A program made the position numbers and the translations under genes. Shown here piece by piece: positions 1-10,927 of a DNA stretch of 64,000 nt; the first letter of the stretch is position 1, and each line of letters opens with the position of its first letter. The notes under the pieces were generated by a model. It was not told where the DNA came from, ran no database searches, and was given only the letters and a program-made list of their open reading frames with translations. This stretch comes from an uncultured virus (IMG/VR IMGVR_UViG_3300032456_000001). Its lineage: Duplodnaviria; Heunggongvirae; Uroviricota; Caudoviricetes. The DNA lies in the IMG/VR virus record IMGVR_UViG_3300032456_000001. One strand, given 5' to 3'.

Positions 1-723
1 AATGTTTTACCTGAAACTTTAGGAGGAACTGGGCAATCGGTTTATACCGTTGGAGACGTACTGTTTGCTAGTACGACTACCGCTCTTTCCAAATTAGCTA
101 ATGTAGCTACTGGAAATACTTTAATCTCTGGCGGGGTTGGAGTTGCGCCTAGTTATGGGAAAGTTGGGCTAACTACTCATATAAGTGGTGTTTTACCTAT
201 TTCCAATGGGGGAACAGGTAGCGCTACTCAGAATTTTGTAGATTTAACTGCTGCTCAAACTGTTGGAGGCATCAAGACTTTTAGCAATACCACTCAATCG
301 ACATCTTCAACTACTGGAGCCGTAGTAATTAATGGTGGAGTAGGAGTAACTGGTATAATTACCAGCGCTAGTAAAATATTTTCCGGCAATGTAACTTCAA
401 ATTTTACCAACTCCACTGTAGGGTTGGGGGTAGGAACAGCAGGACAAGATGCCACGTTTTCTTTACACGTTTCGGGAACTGGTCTAGGTATTTTTGGGTT
501 TGATTTTAGTGCAGAAAGGTTTGTAATCGGAAGTTTTGGAGGGCAAGCTATAGATTTTTGCACAAACGTTGGGGGAACGCCGGGTGTTGATAATTTAGTT
601 TCTGCCACGGCTGTTCTTAGAGTAATCAATTCAAATATTGTCTGTCCCGTAATACCTACGTCCTCAGCAGGGTTGACAGCGGGTATGCTTTGGAGAAATG
701 GAACAGTAATAAATATAGTGTGA
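1..723 (+). CDS. Tail fibre protein, C-terminal part (5' truncated by window)
   Basis: Frame 1 is open from base 1 (NVLPETLGGTGQSVYTVGDVLFAS...LPISNGGTG...STSSTTGAVVINGGVGV) to TGA at 723. Gly/Thr-rich fibre-type repeats. Confidence 0.7.
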   Translation, partial: NVLPETLGGTGQSVYTVGDVLFASTTTALSKLANVATGNTLISGGVGVAPSYGKVGLTTHISGVLPISNGGTGSATQNFVDLTAAQTVGGIKTFSNTTQSTSSTTGAVVINGGVGVTGIITSASKIFSGNVTSNFTNSTVGLGVGTAGQDATFSLHVSGTGLGIFGFDFSAERFVIGSFGGQAIDFCTNVGGTPGVDNLVSATAVLRVINSNIVCPVIPTSSAGLTAGMLWRNGTVINIV

Positions 724-727
724 ATTC

Positions 728-1282
728 ATGCAACTAGAAACCGAATTGACCCCAACCAAAACTCAAATTGACAGAATAAGCCGTCTTGAATATAACGGTG
801 GAATCGTCAAAGTCTATTTCTCTACATCTCTGCAAATAGGTGGTGAAGAATTGGATGCAGTATTCGATATTAGCCGTCCTGTTACTTTAGATTTAGTAGA
901 AATTCAAACCGCGTTAGATGCTATTTTTACAGTAGCATTTAATGCCCGAACAACACAATTATCAACACCCGCAGACGGAACAATAGTTATCCCTCCCGAC
1001 TATAGGGGATTCTACAATGAATTAATCACAACTCAAATCTTTGCCATTGCGCGACAGCAAGCGGGTGAGAATACGCAGGCTAACGCGGCGTACACAGACT
1101 TTGCGCTAGCACTATCTAGTGCGGTTTCTGGGAGCGTGAACTTGATAGCGCTGCAAGTTTGCCTAGATGAAATACTGACTGCTTTAGCCGATGTTCTACA
1201 ACAAGAGGATTTGAGTGCGATGAACGACTTGATAGAAAAATATCGCATACCTATTTTGATAGCAGGATTAGTGCAGCCTTGA
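728..1282 (+). CDS. Hypothetical protein (possible tail fibre-associated)
   Basis: 184-aa ORF directly after the fibre gene. Confidence 0.5.
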   Translation: MQLETELTPTKTQIDRISRLEYNGGIVKVYFSTSLQIGGEELDAVFDISRPVTLDLVEIQTALDAIFTVAFNARTTQLSTPADGTIVIPPDYRGFYNELITTQIFAIARQQAGENTQANAAYTDFALALSSAVSGSVNLIALQVCLDEILTALADVLQQEDLSAMNDLIEKYRIPILIAGLVQP

Positions 1283-1287
1283 CTCTT

Positions 1288-1578
1288 TTAAGTCAGGTAA
1301 TATCTTGAATTACTTCGGACTATTTTCTTGTCCTTTTCAAGGTCTAGCAAGTATGTCCTCGTATAGTGTACTGGAATCTTGGTTGATTCAACCAATTGCT
1401 CTATTGTCTGACCGCTTTGGGTCTGCAATGCGTTTACAATTGTATCTAACAGTTTTTGCCTTGGCATAGGGGGCTTACCAACTGATAGGGTTTGCCTTCT
1501 CTTGAAGGTTCCATCTTCAACAATCGAGAACGAACCATCAGCTTGAATAACTTTCATTTTTGGCATTTCAATCTCCAA
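1288..1578 (-). CDS. Small winged-HTH protein
   Basis: C-terminal TIEQLVESTKIPVHYTRTYLLDLEKDKKI resembles a wHTH. Confidence 0.45.
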   Translation of the reverse strand: MEIEMPKMKVIQADGSFSIVEDGTFKRRQTLSVGKPPMPRQKLLDTIVNALQTQSGQTIEQLVESTKIPVHYTRTYLLDLEKDKKIVRSNSRYYLT

Positions 1579-1897
1579 GTTGTCGAGCGTAAGTAATCAA
1601 CGTTGGGCTATTTGGCAATGTAGATTTGACAGCGGTTTGTTCGCGGATAGCTTGCAACCAACCTTTGTCAATTTGAAGTTGATAACTAAGTTTCGGTATA
1701 AGCCAATCCCATTCACTAGCCCTAATATCTATTCGGGCGTTTTCTATTTTTGAATAGGTGATGTGGTCTATTTGATGTGTACGGTCTGAAAGCTCAACAG
1801 CTAACTCCCTTTGAGATAAACGTATTTTTCGCCGACCACCAAACAGCACTCTATCGAGAGTTATCAGTGATTGCATTTCATTATTGTCGTCAATCAT
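1568..1897 (-). CDS. XRE-family HTH regulator
   Basis: RRKIRLSQRELAVEL...TYSKIENARID. Confidence 0.7.
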   Translation of the reverse strand: MIDDNNEMQSLITLDRVLFGGRRKIRLSQRELAVELSDRTHQIDHITYSKIENARIDIRASEWDWLIPKLSYQLQIDKGWLQAIREQTAVKSTLPNSPTLITYARQLGD

Positions 1898-2345
1898 TTT
1901 TGTCGTCCTCTATTCTAATAAATTGGCTGCCGTAAAGCGGAACGTCTGATAAGCGTAATAGCACTTCTCCTGTTCCATGAACTTTAGGGTCTTTCGTGCT
2001 GTCATTAAAAGCCCAATGAAGAATAGGATTTTGGATATATCTATTTGAGTCATCTTGAAAAATCTTAGACTTCACAAGAACGTCTGAAATAACTTTTTCA
2101 CCTACAGACGAAAGATTTGAAGCATCTCTATTCAGAAACTTTTTACTACTACCAAATATCGTCCACTCCCATTCGGTATGTACTTTTAAAAACGGCTCAA
2201 TCCCAATGAGATTGTCAGAGACAATTTTCCTGTAAGGTTTTAAAAGTTTTTCTCGCGCCGCCCAGTGTGTCCGCATAAACGGATTTAACGAGATTGGCGG
2301 AAGAGGTAGTACGATTTCAATAATGCGGGGACTCAGTTGCTTCAT
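1890..2345 (-). CDS. RusA-like Holliday junction resolvase
   Basis: LPLPPISLN N-terminus, RDASN and DVLVKSKIFQDDS motifs. Confidence 0.65.
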   Translation of the reverse strand: MKQLSPRIIEIVLPLPPISLNPFMRTHWAAREKLLKPYRKIVSDNLIGIEPFLKVHTEWEWTIFGSSKKFLNRDASNLSSVGEKVISDVLVKSKIFQDDSNRYIQNPILHWAFNDSTKDPKVHGTGEVLLRLSDVPLYGSQFIRIEDDKND

Positions 2346-2821
2346 TTGATGTTAAAAATAGCGTGAGAGGCTAACTGGAACACTGGAATAGGCACAAGCA
2401 AACCAGAACTTTTGTAATCTTTATTTTTGCAATCTCTGCGCTGACAGGTTTTTGTCCATTCTTGTGCGGACATCTTAAGTTTGCCAAAATCAACGACAAA
2501 AGCTGTTTCACGCAAAACTAAATAATAAATCAACCAGTCAGCTTTGCTAGTGTACAACCAACCTCGGACATCTGGTCGCCCCTGTCTAATTACAGAATGA
2601 GTCTCAATGAATACGTTTCCCGTATCGTGAAAATCGGTCTTATATTCTATCAAACGTGGAAATGTTACTTCGCCACGTTTCGGAATATAAAACCTATCAA
2701 TACCTTTTTTTTGAAGCTCAAAAGGAACTTCCTTAATATCGTACCAGCGGGAGAAGAAAAAGTCTAACCTTTCTTCTCCGTCTAGTCCTAGCTGCTTTTG
2801 TTGTTGAAAATCATACATCAC
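2342..2821 (-). CDS. PD-(D/E)XK-like nuclease-fold phage protein
   Basis: QKKGID...IEYKTD...TGNVFIE...GWLYTSKADW. Confidence 0.55.
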   Translation of the reverse strand: MMYDFQQQKQLGLDGEERLDFFFSRWYDIKEVPFELQKKGIDRFYIPKRGEVTFPRLIEYKTDFHDTGNVFIETHSVIRQGRPDVRGWLYTSKADWLIYYLVLRETAFVVDFGKLKMSAQEWTKTCQRRDCKNKDYKSSGLLVPIPVFQLASHAIFNIK

Positions 2822-3067
2822 ACCCAGTCCTTGCCTACGCGGGTTGTGCCTGGTACAACAACATCAACTAGCTTGGGAATATAAAGGCGATGCTTTCTTA
2901 ATATTGCTTCGCTCTCACTGGATTTTCTTCTATCGGAACCGGGACTCGGAGGTTTTTCCGTGTCGCTTGATTCGTGTACAATTAAAGCAGAAGCCACCGG
3001 AAGTTCGACGTTGCATGATAGAAACATGATTGTTATTCCTTGCTAATCTGACAATAGCTTAGCATAG

Positions 3068-3409
3068 TTAAAACAGAGAAAGCTGGTTGGGGTTAAAGTC
3101 GGATTTTCTTCTTTCGTTGTACTCGTTTACTTTGCGGGGCTTTCTGTACGCCTGTCGCCACATCTGATAGTGTCTTACGGCAATACGAGTAGATAAAAAC
3201 TCCGAGACTAAACGAATTTCTTGACACCAAACCCTGTAAGGATGATTGACCCGCATTCCAAACGGATATTTGTTGGCGGATATCCATTGTTTACAGGTGT
3301 CAATATTGACGGATTCACCTAAGCACAACTGCTGCGCTTCGTATTCTAAAAGTCCGCTGGCAATAACATTGACCGAATGGTTTTGCCAGTCTGTTAACGG
3401 CTTATTCAT
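3068..3409 (-). CDS. Hypothetical phage protein with C-terminal QLSLF clamp-binding-like motif
   Basis: YPFGMRVNHPYRVW motif; ends QLSLF. Confidence 0.5.
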   Translation of the reverse strand: MNKPLTDWQNHSVNVIASGLLEYEAQQLCLGESVNIDTCKQWISANKYPFGMRVNHPYRVWCQEIRLVSEFLSTRIAVRHYQMWRQAYRKPRKVNEYNERRKSDFNPNQLSLF

Positions 3410-3678
3410 AGTAACTTCATTTTTTTATTGCTTACTCTTGCTCGTGGTCTGCTGCGTTCTACCATGCAACTTTCGGTGCGCCCTAAGCTTGCCGAGCGAT
3501 AGTCTTCACTGAGTACCAATTTTTGATACCGTTCCGCTAAATCTTGGGCTTTGTTTGGTGGATAGTCGCGATAGAATCTGTCAATTTGCTCTTGTACGGC
3601 GGCGGGTAGCGGTTGGTTTTCCATGTGTTTCACAAGTGAGCAACTAGGTAGAAAAACTACCTAGTTGTAAGATTAGAA

Positions 3679-4383
3679 CTAGAACTCAGACGCACTTGCA
3701 GGAAGTGCGTTAGCTGTTGCGGATGCTAAGCGTTGCTGCAACTGCAAGCTGTCTTGCGCGTTTCCACCTACTAATGCTGCTAACTCTTCAACGCTGAGGT
3801 TGTCTACGCACTGCATCATTCGCGTTCCCTGTAAATCGACTAATCGACTAGCGTTTATTGGGTCTGATAGAAGCGCCGCTGCTTGCTCAATAATCGCGTA
3901 TTGAACGTCGGAACGTTCGCTCCAAGTCCATTTTAGGGTGTAGTAATTGACTGGTTTGACTACTCCACTGTCATCTGGTTTTTGCCCAGATTGCTTGACA
4001 AACTCAGGGGTGAAAACACCCAAGGCTGGTTCGGTTCCTTTTGACTGAACCTCTGCGATAAGATTGTTGAAAGCGTCTAAGTTACGGTTCTTGAGGTAAG
4101 TTACCATTACCACACCTTGAGGGAGTTCGCCACTTTCTGCTATGAACCAAAGCTGACCCCATAATGTATTGCTAGTTTGACCAAGCGAACCAAAGAAGCG
4201 AGAGAACTTGAGAATTGTCATCGAACATTTTGAGCCGTAGTCCCTGTCTCCAATTGTCCATTGCCCTGACTGACAGTTGTTGCGAACATTCATTGCCGAA
4301 CTAGGCAGTAGTACAGCATCTTTGGGTTTTGCGCCGAATACCGAAAAGGCTGAAAATTTCGATTTGTTGTTAGGAGTAGTCAT
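3679..4383 (-). CDS. Hypothetical protein (possibly ssDNA-binding/recombination)
   Basis: 234-aa ORF in the leftward operon; function guessed from context only. Confidence 0.4.
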   Translation of the reverse strand: MTTPNNKSKFSAFSVFGAKPKDAVLLPSSAMNVRNNCQSGQWTIGDRDYGSKCSMTILKFSRFFGSLGQTSNTLWGQLWFIAESGELPQGVVMVTYLKNRNLDAFNNLIAEVQSKGTEPALGVFTPEFVKQSGQKPDDSGVVKPVNYYTLKWTWSERSDVQYAIIEQAAALLSDPINASRLVDLQGTRMMQCVDNLSVEELAALVGGNAQDSLQLQQRLASATANALPASASEF

Positions 4384-4781
4384 CTGTTTTTAGGTTTAGT
4401 TTTTGGGTTCGTTTGTGACTATAGCTAGTTAACCACACGCACTTAATGGCAGGTGTCGCCAATCGAATTAAGGCTTGATATTTCTTACCAGTAATTCGTA
4501 TACGTTGCTTTGCCGTCTCTGACGATTCTAAGTTGAATTGGGTTTCTAACATCCGTCAGTGGCCAGTTACACGGAGTTCCGTCATAATCTTTAGCTTGAC
4601 TTGCATGAATCCTACTAAACTCAAACATTGCAGATTCTTTAGTAAATCGGATTACAGATTGTCTCTCAAGTCTTTTGGCTATTTCTGAAATCTTAGGGTG
4701 CAGCATTTCTAATCCTTTGATATGGTTTAAATGTAGAATACTAGCCCTTTTAGCTCCCGCTAGAACTGAGCGCCAATCAAA

Positions 4782-5177
4782 TCAATAAATTAGTTGTAGT
4801 TCTAGTTGACCTTTGCTAGGTTTAGATGCTTCTAGAGCGTCAACAAACAGCTTAGCTAGTGGAACTACGACATCTTCCGTTTCCCATCTTGCGCTGCCTG
4901 AATCAATCAAGTGTAGGTTAATTGATTCAGCAGTCTCCCAAGCTTGCTCGTAACCGCTAACCATTACTCTTTGCTCACTCCAGTCATACAGAATCTGATA
5001 ATCTTTGTACCATTGCAGGAACTCCAAGTCATTGTTTTCAAGGAAGTCAGCAACGTATTTTTTTGTTGTAAATCCGCCATTTTCTTCAATTTCGTCAGAA
5101 AAATAAGTTGCTAGGCAGAATCGAGGGTCTACTGGTTGAAAAATCGGGACTGAAGGAAACCATTCGGGGTGAGTCAT
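4782..5177 (-). CDS. Hypothetical protein
   Basis: 131-aa ATG ORF in the leftward operon. Confidence 0.5.
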   Translation of the reverse strand: MTHPEWFPSVPIFQPVDPRFCLATYFSDEIEENGGFTTKKYVADFLENNDLEFLQWYKDYQILYDWSEQRVMVSGYEQAWETAESINLHLIDSGSARWETEDVVVPLAKLFVDALEASKPSKGQLELQLIY

Positions 5178-5219
5178 TATTTAATGTGGCGATAAGGGGC
5201 AAAGATGCCCCGGTTAACT

Positions 5220-6359
5220 CTACTTAATGCTCTCGGCTTCTAATCTCGCTTGAGTGAATCCCACGTCAAAAAGATTGTGGCAAGCTTTTCTTGAGTCTTC
5301 CTTGAGGTACTTAGTAAAAGTTTCATAGATAGCAGGTTTGCTTGGTTCGTTACGGATGTAGCCTAGGTAGCCGTCTACCAGCGCCATAATGTACAGAGGT
5401 CTAAACTCTTTTGCGACCCCTTTAGGTAAGAGTTCTCTAGCCTCTGCAATCCAGTGGGACTCGTCTTTTTCTGCTCTCGAACTAGGAAGCTTTATGTTGT
5501 AGAAGGTAGCCAAAACGATAGCCTGTTCTTCCCTGATTGACTGTCCCCGAATGGCGAAACTCCGGTTTCGACCCGCTTCAATAGCATTCAACAAGCCTTG
5601 GAGTCTTTTCTCTAGCAACTTGACACTTGAAGCGTAATGTTCCTCGGTAATAACTTCTTCACAACTAACAACCGTTGTAGCCGAAATGTCAACACAAGTG
5701 TTCTCGACTTGTTGTTTGTTAGCTGTTAAATCGCCTGTTTGATTGGATGCGTTTTGAGTTGGTGTAGGCGGCTCTCTGTCTACATTGTTTTCATCGTCTT
5801 CGTCTTCTTCTTCATTCCACTCTATAATCTCACTAGCAACAGCGCTAGTGATGACCCGACCTTGCTCCGCTTGGACGATTACTTCTTCTTTGACTGCTGG
5901 TGAAGCTTTCAACAGCCGAATAGCGATTGACTGTGTGGCTCCGGCTTCGGCAAGAGATTCAATTTCTTGTTTCGTAAAACCTTGGCTGATTTTAATTTCG
6001 TTCTCTAACTTAGCCTTGCTGAAGCCCGTTTTCTCGGTTATCTTTTCCCAGAACTCTTTGTGGCTACCGTAAGCCTCTACAAAGTAATCGCGGGCTGTAG
6101 CCAGATTCAAACCCGACAAGTATAAGTGGATGAGTGTTTGCTTCACTCTCATGCCACGGTCGGCGGCAATGAGTTGTATATCTTCGTCTGTTCCAGTCAG
6201 CCTAACAAGCCTTCCGTCAGCTAAGATAATTGTGTCTTTCTCTATAGCGGAAAGCTGGCTCATTCCTAAATCCAAGGGTAAAGCTCCAAGAGCTAAGCTT
6301 CCCGACTCTGTAAGTGCCTGCGACGAGTAAACAAGTTCGTTTTGGTTCGTAGTTTCCAT
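5220..6359 (-). CDS. Hypothetical protein, DUF3102-like
   Basis: GLNLATARDYF...HKEFWEKITEKTGFSKAKLENEIKI pattern followed by an acidic linker. Confidence 0.45.
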   Translation of the reverse strand: METTNQNELVYSSQALTESGSLALGALPLDLGMSQLSAIEKDTIILADGRLVRLTGTDEDIQLIAADRGMRVKQTLIHLYLSGLNLATARDYFVEAYGSHKEFWEKITEKTGFSKAKLENEIKISQGFTKQEIESLAEAGATQSIAIRLLKASPAVKEEVIVQAEQGRVITSAVASEIIEWNEEEDEDDENNVDREPPTPTQNASNQTGDLTANKQQVENTCVDISATTVVSCEEVITEEHYASSVKLLEKRLQGLLNAIEAGRNRSFAIRGQSIREEQAIVLATFYNIKLPSSRAEKDESHWIAEARELLPKGVAKEFRPLYIMALVDGYLGYIRNEPSKPAIYETFTKYLKEDSRKACHNLFDVGFTQARLEAESIK

Positions 6360-6412
6360 GTTCGCTTCAGTTGAGTGGTTTTTGGTTTTAGTGTTTATTT
6401 TTGGTTCGATGT

Positions 6413-6445
6413 GTTTATCTTAGCAAGATAAACATTAGTCGTCAA
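6413..6445 (-). promoter_or_regulatory. Sigma70-type promoter overlapped by palindromic operator TGTTTATCTT-AGC-AAGATAAACA
   Basis: Minus strand TTGACG-N17-TAAGAT; 10-bp perfect inverted repeat. Related sites near 6530, 12160 and 44080. Confidence 0.6.
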
Positions 6446-6562
6446 GGTCTAGATCCAAATTAATTTGTAAATGACTGAAAGCCTTGCGTTATAACGGTTA
6501 GAGTCTATACCCTTGTGCTACGGTTTAAATCTTGCTAAGATAATTGAATAGATTCCTCTAAA

Positions 6563-6805
6563 TTGAAAGCTATGACATCCGAGAAAAAAGCAATCGTACC
6601 TGCAACCCGTAAAAAGCGAGGAAAAAAACGCCTATACAGCGGGAAAAAGCAAAAAGTATCCGTGGGTTTAACGGCCGCAACGCACGCTAAATTTAAGGCG
6701 GTGGCGGTGGAGAACAATCTCAGTTTCTCGGAGTTGATTGAGCGACTAGGACGCGCTCTTACGGCTGAGATGATTCGGGAACTGCTGTTGTCAATCAATC
6801 CTTAA
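6563..6805 (+). CDS. CopG/ribbon-helix-helix-like regulator
   Basis: KKQKVSVGLTAATHAKFKAVAVENNLSFSELIE. Confidence 0.6.
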   Translation: MKAMTSEKKAIVPATRKKRGKKRLYSGKKQKVSVGLTAATHAKFKAVAVENNLSFSELIERLGRALTAEMIRELLLSINP

Positions 6806-7127
6806 ATCTTGTTGCTTCAACTTGTTCCCGGATACTTTTAGACGTAAAGCCTTGTATTTCTTTTAGTTCCCATGTACCATCTCTGACTTTTCCCCGTTTT
6901 TCCAAAAACTGGCAAGTTGTCTTGATAGGTAATCCGATTGTATCGGCAACTGTAATTAATTCAGCCCATCCAAAACGATTGTGTTTTTGAATTTCTAGAC
7001 TTTGCAACCGGATTAGAGAATCAGCACATTCATCTCGAACCTTGAAATAACTATGCCTCAAATCTAATCCGGTCAGCGGCGGGATGTAAACATAGCAGTC
7101 TATGTCTTCACGATAATTAAATCCCAT
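6795..7127 (-). CDS. Hypothetical protein
   Basis: 110-aa ATG ORF. Confidence 0.45.
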   Translation of the reverse strand: MGFNYREDIDCYVYIPPLTGLDLRHSYFKVRDECADSLIRLQSLEIQKHNRFGWAELITVADTIGLPIKTTCQFLEKRGKVRDGTWELKEIQGFTSKSIREQVEATRFKD

Positions 7128-7975
7128 GTTTACTTACTAGCAAAAAGAACTTCTAACAATCCAATTAATTCTTCCGACGAGCTTACGGAAGTCCGCGAGG
7201 CATACGGAAACAAAGTATCCTGCTGTACCTCAATCATCACTTTTTCGGTGTGTGGAAAGCTTACTTGCAAGCTCTCGCCTCTTTGGCTTAGAATTAGCTC
7301 ATACTTGGAGCTAGCTGAGGCAACTTTCCTATAGCCGATGTAATTCCTGGTCGTATTTAAATGAAAGTTAGTGTGCTGCTTCATCCAGTCTTTTGCAACG
7401 GATAGGAGATGATGTCCTCCTTCTAAAACCGTGATGTCACTAGACATTAGGCAAGGTACGCCGTCCCGTACCTCAAACCGTTGAATCAGGTCGTAAATAA
7501 CGCTTGTCCGGGGAAACTTTGGTGTTTTCATGATTATGTTACTAGATTGCAATTTGTGAGTAGGTGAGGCAGTTTTGCGACGCTGCCCGGTTGATTTTCT
7601 ACGGCGTTAATTCAAGCCTGGAATTTTGAATTGCATTTTGGGCATTTGCATAGCCCCATAATTGATGCACTCGGAGAGTGTCTATTTTGCGGGCAATTAT
7701 GTTTAGCGCCTGTCGTTTGATTCAAGAAAGCTGATTTAGCTTTGCTCCAAATAATAGGGGCTCCACAACTAGAGCATTTGTTTGGATGCAAGGACGATTC
7801 AGAATCTTTTTTGATTTCAGTTAGTAGTTGCAACAATTGCCATGTTTGCAACTTTTCGAGTCCTTCTTTAATTTGGTCAATTGCAAAGATTCTTTCGTGA
7901 GATTCCATGATTACTCCTGTAAGCTGTCTGTGATTTCTTGACTATGTAAACTATCGTATAGGCTGCCTCGACAGG

Positions 7976-8419
7976 CTAACGTGCAATTAGTCCGTTGTTT
8001 TGCAGATGGTTAATCGTCTTGTCCCAGTACATTTTGGTCAGTTGCCGACTAACACTGATTCCGCTTTTGGAAGTGAACAAAATCTTACCGCTACAAATCT
8101 GTCTGATGTCGTAAACTCCAGCATTTTTATCTACTTCAAAGTGGGACAAGTACAATTTTTCAACTTTGGCGTTCAACTCGCGGACACTTGGCTGTTTGCG
8201 TTGTTTTTTCGACTCAGTTTCAGGCTGTGAGTGCTTTTCTATCCACTCTCTGCTTGCCTGCTCTTGTTGGGCTTCTTTTTCTGCAATAGGGATGTAAATG
8301 AATGTGACTTGCAATCCGTCGATGTTGGCGTACTCAACATGGGGATGTTCACTGTAAAGCGCAAGGTAGATGTCGGTAGCTTCTTGGTCGGTTGTAGCGG
8401 TGGCAACGATAGTTTTCAT
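7976..8419 (-). CDS. Hypothetical early protein
   Basis: 147-aa ATG ORF downstream of a conserved promoter copy. Confidence 0.5.
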   Translation of the reverse strand: MKTIVATATTDQEATDIYLALYSEHPHVEYANIDGLQVTFIYIPIAEKEAQQEQASREWIEKHSQPETESKKQRKQPSVRELNAKVEKLYLSHFEVDKNAGVYDIRQICSGKILFTSKSGISVSRQLTKMYWDKTINHLQNNGLIAR

Positions 8420-8436
8420 AATTTTGAAGTAGTTCA

Positions 8437-8738
8437 GTGGTTTATTTCTTGGCTATGTAAACTATCCTATAGGCTACCCGATAGTTTGTCAAGTGTTTTG
8501 GGAAAGTATTTTTTGGATACGGGTCAAACATATACACAGCAAAGCTTTTACTCAGCTAAGGGTAGGTGCAGTCAAAGTTCACGTACTTTACATATATCGC
8601 GGGCGCGATTCTATCTAAAACAACAAAATCGCATCCCACATCTATGCTGGGCCTTTCAGACAGCCAAAGTTCAGAATTCTCAATCCGTTCTTTTCACCAT
8701 GCCAGCGCTGCTTCTGATTGCTCTAACACCGAACACGG
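8437..8738. repeat. ~300-bp direct repeat, copy 1 (copy 2 at 9313-9617)
   Basis: Alignable by eye from agtggtttatttcttggctatgtaaac to ctctaacaccgaacacgg. Confidence 0.9.
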
Positions 8739-9312
8739 TACTGATATTATCTACATTCGTATTTAATACTACAGTCGTCTAAGATTCGAGCTACGGCTGA
8801 AGTGCCGAATCCTGCTGTAGAGAGAATCGCTTCAGACCGCTTGGCTCGAATTGCGCGTCGAATTGGGCGAAGCACTACTGCATATTCGTAAGAACCCGTA
8901 GAGATACCTTTCAATGCTTTTGCCAAAATCTTTGCGCTCTCAATATCTAGTGTCCATGTACTGTCTGTTTTGGAAGAGGTTAGAGTGACCATGTGTTTTT
9001 CTTTTTAGTTTGCTTGAAGTGGTTGACTTGAGGCTGAGTGTAGGCAGTTTTGCGACACTGCCTAAGTGGTTTAGTTCAGTGCAGAAAATAAATCAGGTTA
9101 GCGGAATCTTGGCAGATAAGACAATGCTAATATGTAGCTCAGTTGAGTCAAGCTTGTCCCACAAATTGGATCCGTGTTGCCATAAACGTTTGGGGCGTTG
9201 CAGTTTGCGACCCAATACTCACGCTTAGATAGAGTCCAGCAAGCTTTTGCCGCTTCTGTTTCAACTGTATTGCTTCCGTCATCATGGACAAATGTGATTT
9301 TCATGGTTTTGA

Positions 9313-9617
9313 AGTGGTTTATTTCTTGGCTATGTAAACTATCGTATAGGCTACCCGATAGTTTGTCAAGCGTTTTGGGAAAGTATTTTTTGGATACGGA
9401 TCAAACGTATACACAGCAAAGCTTTTACTCAGCTAAGGGTAGGGGCAGTCAAAGTTCACGTACTTTGCATATATCGCGGGCGCGATTCTATCTAAAACGG
9501 CAGCACGGCATCCCATACCCACGTCGGAGCCATCTCAGACAGCCAAAGTCCAGAATTCTCAATCCGTTCTTTCCACCAGCCAAGCGCCGCCTCTGATTGC
9601 TCTAACACCGAACACGG
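9313..9617. repeat. ~300-bp direct repeat, copy 2
   Basis: Matches 8437-8738; includes the 3' end of ORF 9492-10691 and a promoter. Confidence 0.9.
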
Positions 9618-10691
9618 CACGGTCAATACTTTCTCTTTCTTCAGTCGTGGCGCTGGCTGTACCCACATACAGCAGCGAATCAAGCCAGCCGCCAACGGAA
9701 TTACCTTAGCAACGTGACCGACAACAACTGCAAGGCCGCCAGACTGAACCGCCTCAGTCTCGACAATCTCCATCGGTTCTGCCAGCAACTCTTGTACGTC
9801 CGCGTCGGGATTGTCGCCCATCAACTCATTCAGTTTTGATTCTGCCTGGTCTAGCGTACCCGCTGCCTGTAGCGCAAGGTATTTATTTTCAATGGCTCGT
9901 GCCGCTAAGGGTAGTAGTTCACCTTGAGGTTCAAAGTCGTCATCATTCCGACAATAGCCAACTACCGAACCCAATATCATCCGGTGCAACTTAACCAAAA
10001 CAAACGCCTTGTGTTTGGGAAAAGATTTAGACTCATCCCGTACCATCGGATAGTTACCATTCCCGATTTCTTGACTCCAATCCAAGCCGGTCTCTTCCAG
10101 CTTGTAGTGTTCTTTCAATCGAATCTCGCATTGTTCCGCTAGCAGTAGCGCTAGAACTACGTCAATCCCTCCGCACGGGTTAGGTTGGCGGTGACGGTTT
10201 TTTGGATCAGACCAGTCTCGTTTTTCCAGAGTGAAGAGTTGGAACTCCTGAGACAAAATCTCTCTAAACCTCATGGCAGCGTTAGTGGAATAGTACGCCA
10301 CTCCCTTCCAAAATAGTTTTAAATATTCTGCAACATAAGTCACTGGAGTCTCTACTGTAGGCGCGTTTAAGAGCGCTGACAGATTCTTGTGATTCCAGAT
10401 TATCTTGCCTTTTGCGTCGCGACTGATAACTTTTGCGTTGACAGCCGCGCAGTAAAGAAGTTCATTCAAAATCCCTAGCATTGTGAAGGTTTGCTTGAGG
10501 GTATAACCGTTGAGTTTTCTTGCTAAATTCCAGGAAATAGCCTTGACTTTTGAGGGAAAGCTTGTTACAATTGGAGGCATATTAATACTTTCTAGTTGAT
10601 TGCCCGTCCTTCTTGAACAAGGGGCGGGCGTTTTTTTGCGAACATTGAACCGGACGGAATCAAAAAACTGGTAAAAGCGTTGATAACCCAA
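9492..10691 (-). CDS. Hypothetical protein (true start probably later, e.g. MPPIV)
   Basis: 399-aa open frame next to a region rich in inverted repeats. Confidence 0.55.
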   Translation of the reverse strand: MGYQRFYQFFDSVRFNVRKKTPAPCSRRTGNQLESINMPPIVTSFPSKVKAISWNLARKLNGYTLKQTFTMLGILNELLYCAAVNAKVISRDAKGKIIWNHKNLSALLNAPTVETPVTYVAEYLKLFWKGVAYYSTNAAMRFREILSQEFQLFTLEKRDWSDPKNRHRQPNPCGGIDVVLALLLAEQCEIRLKEHYKLEETGLDWSQEIGNGNYPMVRDESKSFPKHKAFVLVKLHRMILGSVVGYCRNDDDFEPQGELLPLAARAIENKYLALQAAGTLDQAESKLNELMGDNPDADVQELLAEPMEIVETEAVQSGGLAVVVGHVAKVIPLAAGLIRCCMWVQPAPRLKKEKVLTVPCSVLEQSEAALGWWKERIENSGLWLSEMAPTWVWDAVLPF

Positions 10692-10789
10692 AGCACCTTC
10701 GCCTGCAATAATTGTAGCCCATTAGTGTCGAATTTACAACAACCTCCGTGATATCGCAGAAATCTATATACAGTAAGGGTTTCAAAGTT

Positions 10790-10909
10790 TTCAAGACTAA
10801 AACGCCTTAAGGACGTGCAGGATTTCTTTTTTCTTTGTTAACTCTTTTCTATAGAAATTTCTTTAAGAAAATAAAGAGTTAATAAACCTTAAGGCGTTTT
10901 AGTCTTGAA
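10790..10909. repeat. 23-bp perfect inverted repeat around an AT-rich core with a nested 10-bp IR
   Basis: ttcaagactaaaacgccttaagg (10790-10812) / ccttaaggcgttttagtcttgaa (10887-10909); inner ttaactcttt / aaagagttaa. Confidence 0.85.
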
Positions 10910-10927
10910 TCGTTGATATATAGTCGT

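Noticed and set aside
294..629. Antisense ORFs over well-supported genes (also 21304-21636, 51615-52001 and others)
   Set aside because: Shadow frames with no motifs
8231..9596. Plus-strand ORFs 8231-8782 and 9198-9596 that look paralogous
   Set aside because: Similarity comes from the DNA duplication; they run antisense to genes and promoters
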